From an uncultured delta proteobacterium (GTDB lineage Bacteria > Myxococcota_A > Polyangia > Polyangiales > Polyangiaceae): a stretch of 64,000 nucleotides of DNA. Below, piece after piece: positions 61,899 to 64,000 of the stretch. A model generated the notes under the pieces. The model had not been told where the DNA came from and made no database searches. It worked only from the letters and a program-made list of their open reading frames with translations. The stretch lies in NCBI GenBank assembly GCA_963850305.1, contig CAWKKR010000008.1, positions 1,472,001 to 1,536,000 on the forward strand, given 5' to 3'. Position 1 is the stretch's first letter. Every line of letters begins with the position of its first letter. The position numbers and the translations under genes are program-made.

Positions 61899-62078
61899 TC
61901 ACATGATCGTGATCAGGATCACTCGTCTCCCGAGTTGATCCTCGAACGCCTCGACCCCGAAGGTCAACCTTCGCCTCTGGCACTGGTCCCGGAAATGCGG
62001 GTCGATGAGGAACCGCCGAGCCACCAAGGCTTCACGAACCCACTGTAGGGCCTGTGCCGACGTGGTCGGGCCGGGCAT
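61899..62078 (-). pseudogene. Internally deleted DUF4258-like toxin
   Basis: VREALVARRFLIDPHFRDQCQRRRLT ... VILITIM; only 59 aa. Confidence 0.45.
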
Positions 62079-62385
62079 GTTCTCAGCGCCTGTTTCCGAG
62101 AACCTCGTCGAGGATCGTCGTGAAACGAATTCGTCCCGGCTCCGTTGATTCCTTCCGTCTCGAAAGCGTAGAGAGGACATGGGAACACGAGCGGCCGTCT
62201 ACCTGCGTTGCCGAGGACACACCGACAACCAGGCATTGGCATCTTCTCGTGGGTCGCCCAAGAGCGGCCCGTTGAAGGTTGCAGCCGGGGCCCCGATCAC
62301 TATCCCGAGCCAGTAGCCGCCGTTCGTGAGTTCGCCGTTTACTAATTCTCCCGTCGAGACGGTCTGACTGCTATCGTGAGCTCTC

Positions 62386-63558
62386 GTGGTCATGAGTGTG
62401 TGCTCCGACCGGATCTCTCATTTGCCGCGCGCCTTCTTCGCTTGCGCACGGACGCCAACGGATTGCGCGAGCCCGCCGGAGTCGTCACTGACGACCAGCG
62501 AACGCTCCGGGCTCGAGGACGGACCGACCGCGCTCGGAAGCTGGGGGCTCGCGATCGTTGCTGCCCTTCGGTCGCGCAGCGTGGACCCGGAGCCGCTCCT
62601 CGCTCGTGCGGGGCTTTCCTTGAACGCGCTAGCCGATCCGAATCGGCGCCATGCGCTCGAGGTGACGACGCATCTGTGGCGGCTCTCGGTGGAGGCGACG
62701 GAAGATCCCGCGTTCGGCATCGAGGTCGCGCGGCACACGACCTACGGGACGTTCCACGCGCTAGGGTTTTCGCTCGCGACGAGCGCGACGTTGCGCGAAG
62801 CGCTCGAGCGCATCGTGCGGTTCTTCGCGCTCGTGACGAACGCGGCGGACATGCGGCTCAGCGACGAGAGCAAGGGACTCTGCGTGACGGTTCACTTGCG
62901 AAAGAACGCCGATCCCGCGGACGAAGCCGTCGATGCCTTCGTGGCCGCGACGGTGCGGCTCTGTCGCTCGCTGTCCGGGCGGGCGTTCACGCCGCTCGGC
63001 GTCGAGCTACGCCGCGTGGCACCGAAGGATCCGGCGCCTTTCATGCGGTATTTTCGCGTGCCCGTCACCTTCGGCGCGCCGCTCGACGCCCTGACGTTCG
63101 ATCGCGCGGTCACTGACGCTCGCCTGCTGACGGCAAATGCCGAGATCGCGCGGGCCAACGACGCGGTCGCAGCAGATCACATCGCGCGGGTCGAGAGCTC
63201 GCGCATCTCGCCGCGGGTGCGACGGGCCATCACGGAGCGACTGCCGCAGGGCGAGCCCGACGCAGCCGCGATCGCGCGCCTGCTCGGCGTGAGCCTGCGC
63301 AGTCTGCAGCGAAAGCTCGCGGACGAAGGCACGACGTTCGCGGGGCTCCTCGACGACACGCGCCAGAGCCTCGGCCGCGACTACCTCGACGCGGGACGTT
63401 ATTCGGTGAGCGAGATCACGTACTTGCTCGGGTTCTCGGGAGTGAGCAGCTTCTCGCACGCCTTCAAGCGGTGGACGGGGCTGAGCCCGAGCGCCTACCG
63501 CGAGACGCGCACGGCGCCGCAGGAAGGCCACTCCTATTCGAGCAGGCGCGACGCCTGA
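62386..63558 (+). CDS. AraC family transcriptional regulator (OruR/Arabinose_bd_2 type)
   Basis: DPAFGIEVA, ATLREALER, VSLRSLQRKLADEG, EITYLLGFSGVSSFSHAFKRWTGLSP; start uncertain. Confidence 0.92.
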   Translation: MVMSVCSDRISHLPRAFFACARTPTDCASPPESSLTTSERSGLEDGPTALGSWGLAIVAALRSRSVDPEPLLARAGLSLNALADPNRRHALEVTTHLWRLSVEATEDPAFGIEVARHTTYGTFHALGFSLATSATLREALERIVRFFALVTNAADMRLSDESKGLCVTVHLRKNADPADEAVDAFVAATVRLCRSLSGRAFTPLGVELRRVAPKDPAPFMRYFRVPVTFGAPLDALTFDRAVTDARLLTANAEIARANDAVAADHIARVESSRISPRVRRAITERLPQGEPDAAAIARLLGVSLRSLQRKLADEGTTFAGLLDDTRQSLGRDYLDAGRYSVSEITYLLGFSGVSSFSHAFKRWTGLSPSAYRETRTAPQEGHSYSSRRDA

Positions 63559-63759
63559 CGCCAAAGCTCGCCTCGGTCGACCCCGCGATCCGCCCGCCCG
63601 ATGGGCGAGGCGGGACCGTCGCGCAAGGACAACGAGTTGGCGCGTACGGACCCGCGGAGTGCCGTCCGGGCGACGCCGAAGCCGTGATCGTCTTTGGCTC
63701 GACGCCCTCGGAAGACGCCTTTAGGGTACGCTTCGCCGATTCCTCATCAAGTGCCGTCC

Positions 63760-64000
63760 TTGCGTCATCTCGTGACCGTGCTGGTCGCGCTCGTCCTTTC
63801 AGGCTGCACGACGAGCGGGCTCGATGCGTACTCGTCCGGGCACGACCACCCCTCGCCCGACGGCGGCACGAAGGTCGTGCGCCCCGCTTCATGCTCTGAC
63901 GGCGTCAAGGACGACGGCGAGACGTCAATCGACTGCGGCGGCGGCGTTTGCGCGACATGCGCGACGGGCGAGACGTGCTCGACGAACGCGGATTGCGCGA
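63760..64000 (+). CDS. Cys-rich myxobacterial lipoprotein (5' part, runs off the window)
   Basis: TTG-RHLVTVLVALVLSGC lipobox; CSDGVKDDGETSIDCGG repeat. Confidence 0.7.
   Translation, partial: MRHLVTVLVALVLSGCTTSGLDAYSSGHDHPSPDGGTKVVRPASCSDGVKDDGETSIDCGGGVCATCATGETCSTNADCA

Overview
High-GC (visually ~68-70%) bacterial chromosomal segment. Its gene repertoire (vWA and Cys-rich lipoproteins, pectinacetylesterase-like lipoprotein, Uma2, Rpn-like proteins, sigma54 activators) points to a myxobacterium, probably Polyangiaceae/Sorangiineae; this is an inference. About 45 genes are present: a TetR/crotonase/esterase/CMD/SDR catabolic cluster; a YdbH-like + YnbE/YdbL-like + TolB-propeller/TPR envelope operon; a DUF4034-TPR/ABC/CPBP operon; a MASE1 kinase and RND pump followed by a small Cys protein and two YeeE/YedE proteins; a GAF-GAF-GAF-PAS sigma54 activator divergent from a sigma54-promoted REC/porin/Tat-PBP/lipoprotein/hybrid-kinase operon; pckG, darP, tadA; a phaR-like/ECF/anti-sigma/transglycosylase run; an unusual IPT-PDZ-NuoH-like fusion; and a CtpH/CtpI-type giant P-type ATPase. 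A decayed zone (54.8-62.3 kb) holds gene fragments, a toxin-antitoxin remnant and 21-bp-periodic arrays. No rRNA, tRNA, CRISPR array or intact transposase was recognised. At least five single-base frameshifts in otherwise intact genes suggest long-read or assembly errors. All family calls rest on motif recognition by eye; no database searches were run.
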